From the NCBI RefSeq assembly GCF_963921235.1, contig NC_086101.1:4032001-4096000 (forward strand): DNA of 64,000 nucleotides. Direction: 5' to 3'. The position numbers were made by a program, and so were the translations under genes. This document shows positions 12,191-25,601 of the stretch, piece by piece. The stretch's first letter is position 1; every line of letters starts with the position of its first letter. Origin of the DNA: Mobula hypostoma (Eukaryota). The notes beneath the pieces were generated by a model that was given only the letters and a program-made list of their open reading frames with translations, had not been told where the DNA came from and did not search any database.

Positions 12191-13149
12191 GGGTGTCGGG
12201 AGGTCGGGGGCGGGGGGGGGGGGAGGCATTGGGATTAGAGCGTGTGTAATGGTAAGAAGTGCAAGTTGGGAGGTTGTTGTTGGTGAGTGGACCGGGGCTG
12301 GGATGCTTTGAGTGTCGAGGAAGAGAGGTGAGGGGCTTGGAGAGAGCTTGCAGTTTGTGTGGAATGTGAGGCATTGAGGGCCCAAGAGGGTGGGGTAGGG
12401 GTCGCAGAGGGGTGACGGGTCATATAATAATAATAACATTTATAGAGCACTCTTCATACAGACCAAATCAGTATAAAGGTGTGGATTTATTTATTTTACT
12501 ATTTTTATTTTATGTGGTGATATATCGCGTAGAAATATAAGATAAAAGGTAAATAAAACACACTCGAGGATGTGCTGTGGGGCAGACTGCAAGTATCGCT
12601 GTGCCTCCATTGCCAACATAGCATACCCACAACTTACAAACCCCGTGCTGTCCGTCTTTGGGGTGTTAGGAAACCGGAAAGCACGCGGGTACGGGGAGAA
12701 CGTACAAACTACTTACAGACGGTGGAGGGAATTGAACTAGGGTGACTGGAACTGTAAAGCGTTATCATAGCCTCCCATGCACCCGTCGTTCCCAGCCCCC
12801 AGCACTCAATCACGCTCCCCACCCGCACCGCAACATCTCCCCACACTCTGCGATCTACTGTCCATCCACTGAGCACAGTGCACAGTGGCCCCGTTACTGC
12901 AGCCACAGCGCCGCCCACTGACAACCACGTGAACTGTGTGTACTGCCCTGGAACAGGCCACCCGGCCCATCGTGTCCGTGTTTTCCCCAGAAAACGGGAT
13001 CTCCCCATGCTTTTACTCCCCCACAGCCCATGGCTTCTTATGGTCACATATCTCTCTGTGGAGGGAGAAGAGATACAGCACAGAGCAGACCCTTATGGAG
13101 AGCAACCCATCGGTTTAACCCGAGCCGAATCACAGGACAGTTTACAGTG

Positions 13150-13325
13150 CCCAGTTAACTAATACCCAGGACATCTTTGGACTGTGGTAGCAAACCGGAG
13201 CACCTGGAGGATACAGATGTGGTCATGGAAGAACACACGAAGTCCTTACAGATGACACCGGAATTGAACACCAAATCTGGAATGTCTGAGCTGCAATGAG
13301 TCATTCTAACCGCTACGCTACCATG
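13150..13325 (-). mobile_element. tRNA-derived V-SINE-like element (a second degraded copy lies at about 12640-12780)
   Basis: TAGCGTAGCGG A-box-like and GTTCAATTCC B-box-like motifs; central GGTGCTCCGGTTT..CCACAGTCCAAAGA domain. Confidence 0.65.
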
Positions 13326-13514
13326 GTGCAATGACCATTTTGTGGGATCTTGCTGTGCATTAGCCAACAGTTGTGGTTCAGGATAACTCGTGCCGTCTCT
13401 GGGATTCGAGACAGGCTGGGTCACATTCCCCACTCAGCCAACGGCTGCTCTGCAGTCTGTCCCTCCTGCTCACCCATTCCCCCATCCCGTTGCCTTTCGT
13501 CGGGCAAGACTCAC

Positions 13515-13564
13515 CTGGAAGAACCGTCTCATCTTGTTGATGAACAGCGACCCTCCCGAGTCAC
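13515..13564 (-). CDS. CFB: Factor B/C2-like catalytic-serine exon (50 bp; GDSGGSLFINKMRRFFQ)
   Basis: tttcacag acceptor and GTGAGT donor; a split Gly codon completes TCYGDSGG. Confidence 0.93.
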
Positions 13565-13589
13565 CTGTGAAACAAGAAGGTTAACTTGC

Positions 13590-14115
13590 AGGTTGAGTCG
13601 GGGGCAAGCAAGGCAAATGCAACACCAGCATCCATTTGAAGAGGACAGGAATGTAAAAGCAAGGACTCTGGGAATGAAAGGGTAAATGAATCAGGAGCTT
13701 TTGATGGCTCTGGGCCTGTACTCCTTTGAATTTAGGATGTTCTCATTGAAACCTGTTGGATATAGAAAGGGCTCGATCGAGCGGTTGTGGAGAAGATGTT
13801 GCCTGTAGTGGGGGAGTCTAGGACCAGAGGACACAGCCTCAGAACAGAGGGATGTCCGTTTAGACAGAGATGGGGAGGGACTTCTTTAGCCGGAGGGTGG
13901 TGAATCTGTGTAATTTGTTACCACAGATGCCTGCGGAGGCCAAGTCATTGAGGATATTTAAAACGGAGGTTGATGGGTTCTGGATTAATCAGGGTATCAA
14001 AGGCTACGGGGAGAAGGCAGGAGAATGGGGATGAGAGGATTAATAAATCAGACATGATGGAATGGCTGAGCAGGCTTGATAGGTTGAATGGCCTAATTCT
14101 GCTCCTGTGTATTAT
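13590..14115 (+). mobile_element. CR1 3' fragment
   Basis: CR1 3' coding remnants and UTR. Confidence 0.7.
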
Positions 14116-14239
14116 GCCAAGAGATGGGCTGCTGGTCCAAGCTCAGTACACTGATCCCGCCCACGTGGGTGTCTCGTTTCCCTCAGCAATGACCCATTGT
14201 TGCTGCACTGGCCCGGACAATCCAAAGTGTTTAATTGGA

Positions 14240-15663
14240 GTAAGGGGACACATGAAGCTATCAGGCAGGAACTTGGAAGCACAAATTGGGAGCAGATGTT
14301 CTCATGGAAATGTACGGCAGAAAAGAGGCAAATGTTCAGGGTAATATTTTCGTGGTCTTCTGCATAGGTACGTCCCAATGAGACAGGGAAAGGATAGTAG
14401 GGTACAGGAACCATGGTGTACAAAGGCTGTTGAAAATCTAGTCAAGAAGAAAAGAAAAGCTTGCAGAAGTTTCAAAAACCTAGGTAATGATAGAGAGCTA
14501 GAAAATTATAAGGCTAACAGGAAGGAGCTTAAGAATGAAATTAGGAGAGCCAGAAGGGGCCATCAGAAGGCCTCGGCGAACATGATTAAGGAAAACCCAA
14601 AGGCATCTTCACAAGTATGTGAAGAGCAAGACGTGAGAGAATAGGACCAATCAAGTGTGACAGTTGAGAAGTGTGTATGGAACCGGAGGAGACAGTGGAG
14701 GTACTTAATGAGTACTTTGCTTCAGTATTCACTATGGAAAAGGATTTTGGCGATGACTTACAGCGGACTGAAAAGCTTGAGCATTTAGACTTTAAGGAAG
14801 AGGATGTGCTGGATCTTTCAGAAAGAATCAAGTTGGATAAGTCTCTGAGACTGACAAGCTATACCCCAGGCTATGTGGGAGGTGAGGGAGGAGATTGCTG
14901 AGACTCTGGCAATAACCTTTGCATCATCATTGGGGACTGGAGAAGTTTGGGAGGATTGGAGGGTTGCAGATGTTGTTCCCTTATTCAAGAAAGGGAGTAG
15001 GATAGCTCACAAAATTATAGACAAGTGAGTCTTCAGTAGTTGGCAAGTTGATGCAAAAGATCCTGAGAGGCAGGATTTATGAACATTTGGAGAGGCAAAA
15101 TATGATTAGGAATAGTCAGCATGGCTTTGTCAAGGGCAGGTCATGCCTTACAGGCCTGACTGAATTTTTTGAGGATGTGATTAAACACATTGACAAAGGA
15201 AGAGCGGTAGATGTAGTGTGTATGGATTTCAGCAAGGCATTTGGTAAGGTACCCCATGCAAGGCTTATTGAGAAAGTAAGGAGGCATGGGATCCAAGGGG
15301 ACCTTGCTTTGTGGATCCACAATTGGCTTGCCCACAGAAGGCAAAGAGTGGTTGTAGACGGGTCATATTTTACATGGAGGTTGGTGACCAATAGCATGCC
15401 TCAGGGATCTGTTCTGGGACCCCATCACTTTGTGATCTTTATAAATAAACTGGATGAGGAAGTGGAGGGATGGGTTAGTGAATTTGCTGATGACACCAAG
15501 GTTGGGGGTGTTGTGGATAGTGTGGAGGGCTGTCAGAGGTGAAAGCAGGACATCGGCAGGATGCAAAACTGGGTTGAGAAATGGCAGGTTGAGTTCAGCA
15601 CAGATAAGTGTGAGGTGGTTCATTTTGGTAAGTCAAATATGATGACAGAATATAGTATTAATA
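14240..15663 (+). mobile_element. CR1 subfamily A ORF2 internal fragment
   Basis: RT motifs in ORF 15048-15542; similar to 7870-9290. Confidence 0.88.
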
Positions 15664-16004
15664 GGAACATAGAAGATACAGCACAATACAGGCCTTTCGG
15701 CCCACAAAGCTGTACTGAACATGTCCTTATCTTAGAAATTACCTAGGGTAACCCATAGCCCATCTATTTTTCTGAGCTCCATGTACCTATCCAAAAGTCT
15801 CTTAAAAGACCCTGTCGTATCCACCTCCACTACTGTCGCCGGCAGCCCATTCCATGCACTCACCACTCTCTGTGTAAAAAACTTGCCCCTGACATCTCCT
15901 CTTTACCTACTTCCAAGCAGCTTAAAACTGTGCCTTCTTGTGTTAGCCATTCCAGCCCTGGGAAAAAGCCTCTGACTTTTCAAACAATCAATGCCTCTCA
16001 TCAC
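15664..16004 (-). mobile_element. CR1 subfamily A 3' end, inverted
   Basis: Reverse complement of 9690-9995. Confidence 0.85.
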
Positions 16005-18622
16005 TATATGTATTATAGACTACCTCATGGGGAGCGAGAAGTGGAGAAGCAAATTTGTAAGGAGATGGCAGATATTTGAGGTAAGTACAAGGTTGTGATT
16101 GTGGGAGATTTTAATTTTCCACACATAGACTGGGAAGCCATACTGTAAAAGGGCTGGATGGTTTGGAGTTTGTAAAATGTGTGCAGGGTAGTTCTTTGCA
16201 GCAATACATAGAGGTGCCAACTGGAGAAGGGGCAGTGTTAGATCTCCTGTTAGGGAATGAGATCGTGCAGGTGACAGAGGTATGTGTTGGGGAGCACTTC
16301 AGGTTCAGTGATCACAATGCCATTAGTTTCAGTATAATTATGGAGAAGGATAGGTCTGGACCCAGGGTTGAGATTTTTAATTGGAGAAAGGCTAACTTTG
16401 AGGAGATGCGAAAGGATTTAGAAGGAATGGATTGGGACAAATTGTTTTATGGGAAGGATGTAATAGAGAAATGGAGATCATTTAAAGGTGAAATTTTGAG
16501 GGTACAGAATCTTTATGTTCCTGTTAGGTTGAAAGGAAAGGTTAAAAGTTTGAGAGAACCATGGTTTTCAAGGGATATTGGAAACTTGGTTCGGAAAAAG
16601 AGAGATATCTACAATAAATATAGGCAGCATGGAGTAAATGAGGTGCTCAAGGAATATAAAGAATGTAAAAAGAATCTTAAGAAAGAAATTAGAAAAGCTA
16701 AAAGAAGATATGAAGTTGCTTTGGCAAGTAAGCTGAACATAAATCGAAAGGGTTTCTACAGTTATATTAATAGCAAAAGGATTGTGAGGGATAAAACTGG
16801 TCCCTTAGAGAATCAGAGTGGACAGCTATGTATGGAACCAAAAGAGGTGGGGGAGATTTTGAACAAATTTCTTTTCTTAGGTATTCACTAAGGAGAAAGA
16901 TATTGAATTGTGTAAGGTAAGGGAAACAGTTAGGGAAGTTATGGAAACTATGATGATTAAAGTAGAGGAAGTACTGGCGCTCTAAAGGAATATAAAAGTG
17001 GATAAGTCTCCGGATCCTGACGGGATATTCCCTGGGACCTTGAGGGAAGTTAGTGTGGAAATAGCAGGGGCTCTGACAGAAATATTTCAAATGTCATTAG
17101 AAACGGGGATGGTGCCAGAGGATTGGCATATTGCTAATATTGTTCCATTGTTTAAAAAGGGTTCTAAGAGTAAAGCTAGCAATTATTGGCCTGTGAGTTA
17201 TGACATCAGTGGTGGGTAAATTGTTGGAAAGTATTCTTGGAGATGGTAAGATAGGGATAGACAGGGTCTGATTAGGAACAGTCAATATGGATTTGTCAGG
17301 GTCTGGGTAGACAGGGTCTGATTAGGAACAGTCAACATGGATTTGTGCGTGGAAGGTCATGTTTGACAAATCTTATTGATTTTTTTGAACAGGTTACTGG
17401 GAAAGTTGACGAGGGTAAAGCAGTGGATATTGTCTATATGGACTTCAGTAAGGCCTTTGACAAGGTTCCACACGGAAGGTTAGTTAGGAAGGTTCAATCA
17501 TTAGGTATTAATATTGAAGTAGTAAAATGGATTCAGCAGTGGCTGGATGGGAGACACCAGAGAGTAGTGGTGGATAACTGTTTGTCAGATTGGAGGCCGG
17601 TGACTAGTGGTGAGCCTCAGGGATCTGTACTGGATCCAATGTTGTTTGTCATATACATTAATGATCTGGATGATGAGGTGGTAAATTGGATTAGTAAGTA
17701 TGCAGATGATACTAGGATAGGTGGTGTTGTGGATAATGAAGTAGGTTTTCAAAGCTTGCAGAGAGATTTAGGCCAGTTAGAAGAGTGGGCTGAAAGATGG
17801 CAGATGGCGTTTAATCCTGAATAGTGTGAGGTGCTACATTTTGGTAGGACTAATCAAAATAGGTCATACATGGTAAATGGTAGGGCATTGAAGAACGCAG
17901 TAGAACAGAGGGATCTAGGAATAATGATGCATAGTTCCCTGGAGGTGGAATCTCATGTGGATAGGATGGTGAAGAAAGCTTTTGGTATGCTGGCCTTTAT
18001 AAATCAAAGCATTGAGTATAGGAGTTGGAATGTAATGTTGAAATTGTACAAGGCATTGGTAAGGCCAAATTTGGAGTATTGTGTACAGTTCCGGTCACTG
18101 AATTATAGAAAAGATGCAAACAAAATAGAGAGGGTACAGAGAAGATTTACTAGAATGTTACCTGGATTTCAGCACCTAAGTTACAGAGAAAGGTTGAACA
18201 AGTTGGGTCTTTATTTTTTGGAGTGTAGAAGGTTGAGGGGGGGACTTAATAGAGGTATTTAAAATTATGAGGGGGATAGATAGAGTTGACATGGACAGGC
18301 TTTTTCCATTGAGAGTAGGGGAGATTCAAACAGGAGGACATGAGTTGAGAGTTAGGGGGCAAAAGATTAGGGGTAACATGAGGGGGAACTTCTTTACTCA
18401 GAGAGTGGTAGCTGTGTGGAACAAGCTTCCAGCAGAAGTGGTTGAGGCAGGTTCGATGTTGTCATTTAAAGTAAAATTGGATAGCTATATGGACAGGAAA
18501 GGAATGGAGGGTTATGAGCTGAGTGCAGGTCGGTGGGACTAGGTGCGAGTAAGCGTTCGGCACGGACTAGAAGGACCGAGATGGCCTGTTTCCTTGCTGT
18601 AATTGTTATATGGTTATGTGAT
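16005..18622 (+). mobile_element. 5'-truncated CR1 of a different subfamily; ORF2 with a few frameshifts
   Basis: SDHN endonuclease end and RT motifs; GTTATATGGTTAT tail; 3' end nearly identical to 50075-50557. Confidence 0.92.
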
Positions 18623-18848
18623 TGTATCATCTTATACACTTCTATCAGGTCACCTCCCATCCTCCGTCGCTCCAAGGAGAAAAGGTCATGTTCACTCAAC
18701 CTTTTTCTCAGGGCTGAAATGGCTGACACAAGGGGGCATGTCATCTCTCATCGCCTGACGGCATCTGACCCGCAGTGGTGTCCAGCGAAACTGAGACTTG
18801 GGAATATTAGTGCGACACAGAGTTGGGGAGAGGTACATCTAGGCGCGC

Positions 18849-18892
<44 letters not shown>
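18849..18892. repeat. (CA)n microsatellite
   Basis: Directly visible. Confidence 0.95.
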
Positions 18893-18893
<1 letters not shown>

Positions 18894-19137
18894 GAGAAAG
18901 ATGTTCATGCAGACGTATATACATACATAAAGACACAGACAGAGTCACACATCTTTTGGTAAGATGGTGGCGTACTCAGTCACAGCGGGCTCTACAGGGC
19001 CAAACAAAGGTGTTAACGTATTTGTTTTTATGTCCGCTAGATTGCTTGACATTAAGAACTTAAGGTACTGAAGATCTGCCTATTCGGGCAGGGCAGGGAG
19101 GAGGAGAGGAGGAGTGAGGGGCAGGGAGATATCTCAC

Positions 19138-19273
19138 CATAGCATGTGTTGTCCTCTTGATTGGGGTCATTTCCCCCTGTGCAGAGGAATCTGTCGGTGA
19201 CCACTTCCCTCACATCTTTCACATGCCGATATTCCGGAGACTCCAGTGCTTTCCTCTCGCAAGCTAACCGTGG
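19138..19273 (-). CDS. CFB: Factor B/C2-like internal exon (136 bp; PRLACERKALESPEYRHVKDVREVVTDRFLCTGGNDPNQEDNTCY)
   Basis: ttcctgcag acceptor and GTGAGA donor; resembles factor B VKDISEVVTPRFLCTGG...DPNTC. Confidence 0.93.
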
Positions 19274-19537
19274 CTGCAGGAAACCAATATGGCAGTGAGT
19301 CCACCGGGAGTCCAGGCCACCCAAGCCAGCCGCCACCACAGGGCTTCCTCCCAACCCTCGTGTCGACCCATGAGGAAACAGTGCCATGTAAAGAGACAGG
19401 GATAGAGCGAACGCTGGGAATTGCGAAGAGCCTTTCTTGGAAGTTCCTCAAGAACTGGACCTGAACATTCTACCCACGTGCCTCAAAATTCAAATTCTGG
19501 GGAAATTTATTATTAATGTACATATATGTCACCATAT

Positions 19538-19880
19538 ACAAGTCAAGTCACTTTTTATTGTCATTTCGTCCATAACTGCTGGTACAGTACACAGTAAAAA
19601 CGAGACAACGTTTTCAGGATCATGGTGCTACATGAAACAATACAAAAGCTACACTGGACTACGTAAAACAACACAAAACTACACTAGACTACAGACCTAC
19701 ACAGGACTTCATAAAGTGCACAAGACAGTGCAGGCAATACAATAAATAATAAACAAGACAATAGGCACAGTAGAGGGCAGTAGGTTGGTGTCAGTCCAGG
19801 CTCTGGGTATTGAGGAGTCTGATGGCTTGGGGTTAGAAACTGTTACGTAGTCTGGTTGTGAGAGCCGAATGCTTCTGCGA
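19538..19880 (-). mobile_element. Rex-Babar-type LINE 3' end
   Basis: Reverse complement of about 23245-23517, including the (CTTGA)n tail. Confidence 0.75.
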
Positions 19881-20619
19881 TTCATTTTCTTGCAGGCATT
19901 CACAGTATGTACCATGAAACAAAAAAGAAATAATAAAAATAATGCTTTGAAAGCACAAACTGGAGATTGTTCAGGAGTTTGCTACCCATGGCAACCACGT
20001 TAATGTCGACGGGTGTGTGGGTTCTGTGACCAGGTACACGGAGAAGTGAACAGAGGATGTCACCATCACGAAACACATTGGGGTGAGGGCAAATCAGAAG
20101 CCATGGCTTGCCGCAGACACTCGTGCCAGGCTGCGGGATCGTGATGCTGCTTTCAGATCGGGAGATGCGATACCTGTCAGGAAAACAAGCACTGTGTTTT
20201 CCCACTCCCCAGGAAGGCGAACTGGGAGCATTCTTAGGGAATTTACAATCACTTTTGCGATATCCACAGACACAAGTTGAATATGGCAGGGAATATAGAG
20301 GTTTACAGACTACAAGTCTACCCTGCATGTCAGTGACCAGGGTATCTCACTCTCTGAGAGGCTGAAAGTCTTCTACGCCCAGTACGATGCACGGAACCAA
20401 GTTGGGCAAGGAAGGCAATCCTCACCCCAGGGGAGTAGACACTCTGTCTGGCTAAAGCTGAGGTGAAGAAGACCCGGGCTAAGGCCTGAGGATGTGGTGC
20501 TGAGGATTTATAAGGCACTGGTGAGGCCTCACCTTGAGTATTGTGAACTGTTTTGGGCCCCTCATCTTAGAAGAGATGTGCAGTGTCCAGATGTGCAAAG
20601 CTGATAGACATCTATCCAC

Positions 20620-20886
20620 ACAGACTCAAGGGTGTGATCTCTGCCAAAGCTGCATCTGCTAACTACTGACTTGAAGGTGAATACTTATGCAGTCAACTAT
20701 TTTGTGTTTTATACTTTTAATTAACTTAGATAACATTGTAGAGATCTGTTTTCACTTAAACATTAAGAGTTTTTTTCTGTTGATCGGATTCAAAAAAGCC
20801 AAATTAAATCCACTGTGATTCAACGCTGTAAAAGAATAAAACATGAAATCCTCCAAGGGGGTTGAATACTTTTTATAGGCACTACA
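20620..20886 (+). mobile_element. Tc1/mariner right end (transposase C-terminus plus IR/DR-type terminal repeat)
   Basis: RLKGVISAKAASANY* resembles Tc1 RLKAVIAAKGASTKY*; two GAATACTT direct repeats; terminus ...TATAGGCACTA. Confidence 0.75.
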
Positions 20887-20889
20887 TCT

Positions 20890-22035
20890 TGGTCTGAAAC
20901 TGACCTGTTAAATCTACAAAGAAAAATAAGTACTGAAATGAAAAATTTCAGAAAACATTATGTACACTCGAATATGCTTAAACTAGCACTAATTATGACA
21001 GAAGCGGGAGGAGAAACAACAGACATTAAAAATCTGCACAACAGTCAGATAAAACTTTTTCATCAACGTTCAGCACTCCCTGTGAGCAGACGCAATTCTG
21101 ATAAGACCTATCCACCACTAATCTGAAGTGAGAGCAGAACCAGAGAAAAAAATCACTATTAAAGAGAAAAATGGAAAAGCAGGACCCTCCATGGAAGACA
21201 TCCCCATGATGTGAGCAGACTAGATATCGAGAAAGAAGCATCGAACACCTGGCTCAGAGTTGGATATCTCTTCCCAGAGACAGAAGGGTTCATCGTGGCA
21301 ATACGGGACCAGGTGATTAACACAAAAATATTATCAAAGATGCATAATAAAAGACCAACAAATTGAAGACAAGAAATTCAAGACAACAAATGCAGAAAAT
21401 GCCAAGAGAAACCAGAAACAATCCAACACATAACAGGATCCTGCAGCAGTTTAACTCAATCTGATTACTTACAGAGACGCTAACATTATTCATCAGAATC
21501 TTGCTCTTAAAAAAAAATTCAGAAAAGAAATCATACCTTACTACAAATACAAGCCTGATCCAGTTTTAGAGTGAAAATCCCAAAAATTGTTTGACAACCA
21601 TTTCATTGTAAACAGACAGGACAATCCATAATAACTGTCCAGATATAATAACACAGGATAAACAAGCAAGGACAACTCGCTTAATATATATCACCATTCC
21701 AAACACACAAAATGTACAGAAATCAGTAAGTGAAAAACACGAGAAAAATGCTGAATTAAAAGAGGAAATTGAAAGACTACCGAACATTGACAAGGTGTGC
21801 AATGTCCTGATAGTAATATCTACAGCTGATGTCATCCCAAAGTCACTACACGATATCAATAAACAATTAGGGTTCCACAGCAATATCTGTGTAAATTTCC
21901 AGAAACCACAATACTAAACATCACTAGAATTGTCTGACAGGTTCTGGCAATTGACAAATGAGAGTGCATGGCTATGCCCGTAGCTCAGGCTTTACCAGCT
22001 TGAGCTGAGAAAAAATGAATAATGATAGTAAATAA
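20890..22035 (+). mobile_element. Degraded R4/Dong-clade non-LTR retrotransposon 3' fragment (restriction-like endonuclease type)
   Basis: LHGRHP, LFPETEGFIVAIRDQVI, CRKC..ETIQHITGSC zinc knuckle, NNCPDII and SEKHEK motifs; ends in a degenerate (TAA)n-like tract. Confidence 0.8.
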
Positions 22036-22464
22036 GCAATATTATCTGGAACATTCGATGAAAATTCCTTGAAGGTGATTTCACGGGTTTTGGGAACACT
22101 CCACTGCTCAGATGAGTGAAGTTTAGTGAGGTCATCCCCTCTGCTTCAACAGCCTAATAGCTGAGGTATAATGGCCATTCCTAAACGTGGTGGTGTGGGT
22201 GCTGAGGCTCCTGTACCTGCATGATGGCATGGCCCGGATGCCTGGGGTCCTCGATGATGATGATGCTGCTGCTTTGTGGTGACAGTGCCTCATGTAGATG
22301 TGACCAGTCGTGGGGAGGGCTTTCGATCTGATAGACTATTCTGAGTTGTAGGCTTTTCCTCTATTGTACTGGTATTTCCATACCAGACCATGATGCTACC
22401 AGTCAATACACTCTCCACCACATAGACAGGTTTGTCAAAGTTTTAGATGACATGCTGAACCTGA

Positions 22465-23775
22465 GATCACAGGACCATAAGATATAGGAGAAGAATTAGG
22501 CTATTTGGTCCATTGAGTCTGCTCTGCCATTTCATCATGGCTGATCCATTTATGGAATCCTACACAAGACTCCCAAATCCCTTTGCACCTTAGACTTTTG
22601 AAATTTATCTCCATTTAGACTTGTGTTTTATTTATACATTTCCCAACACTGTATTTCATCTGACATTTCTCCTATTCTTCTAATCTGCCTAAGTCTTTCT
22701 GCAACCTCTCTACTTCCTTAAAATTACCTGACCCTGACCCTGACCTATCATTGTATAACCCACAATTGATTCTTGAAAGATCAGTACTTTATGTTGACTT
22801 TAGGAGAGCATGGAGCGATCACTCTCCGCTTAACATCGACGGCTCCTCCATAGAGATTGTACAAATTTCTTGGTGTTCACCTGACGGAGAATCTCACTTG
22901 GTCCCTCAACACTAGCTCCATAGCTAAGAAAGCCCAGCAGCGTCTCTACTTTCTGAGAAGGCTGAGAAAAGTCCATTTCCCAACCCCATCCTCACCTCAT
23001 TCTACAAAGGTTGTATCGACAGCATCCTGAGCAACTGCATCACTACCTGGTTCAGAAATTGCACCGTCTCGGATGCAAGACCCTGCAGCGGATAGTGAGA
23101 TCAGCTGAGAAGATCATCGGGGTCTCCCTTCCCACCAGTACAGACATTTATACCTTATGCTGCATCCGCAAAGCTAACAGCATTATGAAGGACCCCACAC
23201 ACCCCTCAAACAAACTCTTCTCCCTCCTGCCATCTGGCAAAAGGCTCTGAAGTATTCGGGCTCTCACAACCAGACTATGTAACAGTTTCTTCCCCCAAGC
23301 CATCAGACTCCTCGATACCCAGTCCAGACTGACACCAACCTATAGTCCTGTGTAGGTCTGTAGTCTAGTGTAGCATTTGTGTTGTTTTATGTAGTCCAAA
23401 GTAGTTTTTGTATTGTTTCATGTAGCACCATGGTCCTGAAAACGTTGTCTCATTTTTACTGCGTACTGTACCAGCAGTTATGGTCAAAATGACAATAAAA
23501 TGTAACTTGACTTGACTAATGCATCTACAATTTCTTCGGCCACGTCTTTAAAAACCATGAGATGTATACCTTCTGGTCTAGGTAACTTATCTACCTTCAA
23601 TCTTTTCAGTTTCCCAAAGACCTTCTCCATTATGTTGGCAAGTTCACATCCTTCTGCCTCCTGACACTCACGAACGTCCCGCATACTGCTGGTACCTTCT
23701 ATAGTGAAACTGTTGCAAATTACTTACTCGGTTCCTCTGCCATTTCTTTGTCCCCCATTACGATCTCTCCAGCAA
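22465..23775 (-). mobile_element. Degraded CR1 pieces, interrupted by the LINE at about 22790-23517
   Basis: CR1 tail at about 22470; KLKRLKVDKLPRPEGIH peptide at 23484-23684. Confidence 0.6.
22790..23517 (+). mobile_element. 5'-truncated Rex-Babar-type LINE
   Basis: KFLGVHL, KKAQQRLYFLRRLRK, LQRIVRSAEKIIG, DPTHPS peptides; AATAAA and (CTTGA)n tail. Confidence 0.85.
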
Positions 23776-24010
23776 CATACCGTCAGGTATGGAGCGGCCA
23801 CTGCACAGGACCGGAGAAAGCTCAGCCATCTCCATCATGGGAGGGAGGCACCCCAGCATCAGAACATCTTCAAAAGGCAATGCCTCAAAAAAGCAGTATC
23901 CATCATTAAGGCCCCTCATCACCCAGGACATGCCCTCTTATCTTTGCATTCATCATGGAAGAGACACACGCACAACATTTTACGAACAGCTTCTTTCCCT
24001 CTTGCCAAGA

Positions 24011-24235
24011 AATTTCTGAATGGACAATGAACCCATGACCACTACTCCTCTGCCATCAGATTTCTCAATGGATAATGAACCAATGAAGAGCTTCTTTCCC
24101 CACCATCAGATTTCTGAATGGACAATGAACCCATGACCACTACTCCTCTGCCATCAGATTTCTCAATGGATAATGAACCCATGAAGAGCTTCCTTCCCCC
24201 ACCATCAGATTTCTGAATGGACAATGAACCCATGA
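24011..24235. repeat. Tandem array of alternating ~48/50-bp units (A-B-A-B-A') inside a Rex-type LINE fragment (about 23780-24400)
   Basis: Repeated ATCAGATTTCT(G/C)AATGGA(C/T)AATGAACCCATGA. Confidence 0.9.
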
Positions 24236-24765
24236 ACTCTACCTCAGTATCTTTGCTCCTTTATTTGCACTTTTATTTTAATTATTTTCACACATTTATT
24301 TCTTATTGTAAGTTAGCGTATTTATATATTGCACTGTACTGCTGCCACAAAACAACTCATTTCACAACATACACCAGTGATATTTAACCAGATTCAGATT
24401 CTGCACTCCCTCCCAAACAGCACCGTGTGATGAGACCGCGATCCAAAGGTGGTGCACTTTACTGCAAGGGTCTAACCACGTGCTTGTATATTGCAACATG
24501 ACGGCATTACTTTTAATTTCTCCTTTCGGCCTTTGAAGGGAAGAATTTGATCCATTCCCTGCTGTGGCATTAGATAACCTTCCTCACTTGATCCTCTGTT
24601 ATCTGTCATGGCAAGCGGCATGGATGAATAACGAAGGGCATCTATGGATGTTGGTTGGGCTGTCCCATGTCAGTGGGTCCTTGGACCGGACTAAGTGGCC
24701 ATGCAGGCCAGTGCGTCAGCTGTTACATACCTCATGGATATCTTGTGACTGTCTTATGAGGATGA

Positions 24766-25601
24766 TGTAATGGTCTTGCGGAGGTCACATGATGTAAATT
24801 TTCCCGCTGATGTGAGTTCACGTGATGACCTGTTCTCAACAGGTACGTATAAGGGTAGGCCCCGGGTGACGCAGTTAGTTTTCCCAGTTGAGTTTTAAGT
24901 TTAGTTCGTCAGTTACTCCGTATTGCTACGTATATTTTTTATGATGCAGTTTCGTTTTAAAATGGAGTTTTGTTTTCTATTGTAAGGCACAGAAGTGTTG
25001 GGCTAGTAGTGTTACCAATCGCTGCCAGGTTTGTTGATGTATCTTTTCAGTAGTATTGGAGAGTGAAGACGGGAACCTGAAGGAGTTGTTTGGTGGTTTT
25101 GGAAAGGATTGACCATTATTGAATTCGTTCAAGTAAGAGTGATCTGCATGAGATAACCTCTGCTAAAAGCAGCAGAAAAGGTTGTGCAGTATCTAGTCTA
25201 CGGAGGAAAAAGTCAGTGCCTTTAAACCGTTTTATTTCCGTCGTCGTGAGTCCTGCAGACAAGGCGGGTTCCGGCTGGGATCGGCAGTAATGTCGAGTCT
25301 TCGAGGAAATCTTTACTTCAGGAAAGTCTCTCCTAATTGACTGTGTCAATCTCTTGGACTTTTAAATTTACCATTCTAAGAACTGTGTTCTAATTTACCA
25401 CGTTAAGACTGTGTTCGCATTTACCGCTTTAAGAACTAGTACTGAGTTGGGTGGTTTGTTTAATGGCCGCATAGCAGTTTACTTCCGGTTAAGGTTTTCG
25501 TTTGTTTATCTTCTTACTAATTTTGAGCAGAGTTTAATAAACGTTTATTTGTTTATAAAATCTGACTCATTTCTATACTCATTGTTGCCGGTCACGTGAC
25601 A
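24766..25601 (+). mobile_element. Candidate solo LTR
   Basis: TGTAATG...CGTGACA termini, TATAA at about 24848, AATAAA at about 25536; no TSD seen. Confidence 0.5.

Noticed and set aside
17250..17346. Short tandem duplication inside CR1 (another, 26 bp, at 57505-57556)
   Set aside because: Ordinary slippage in dead copies.
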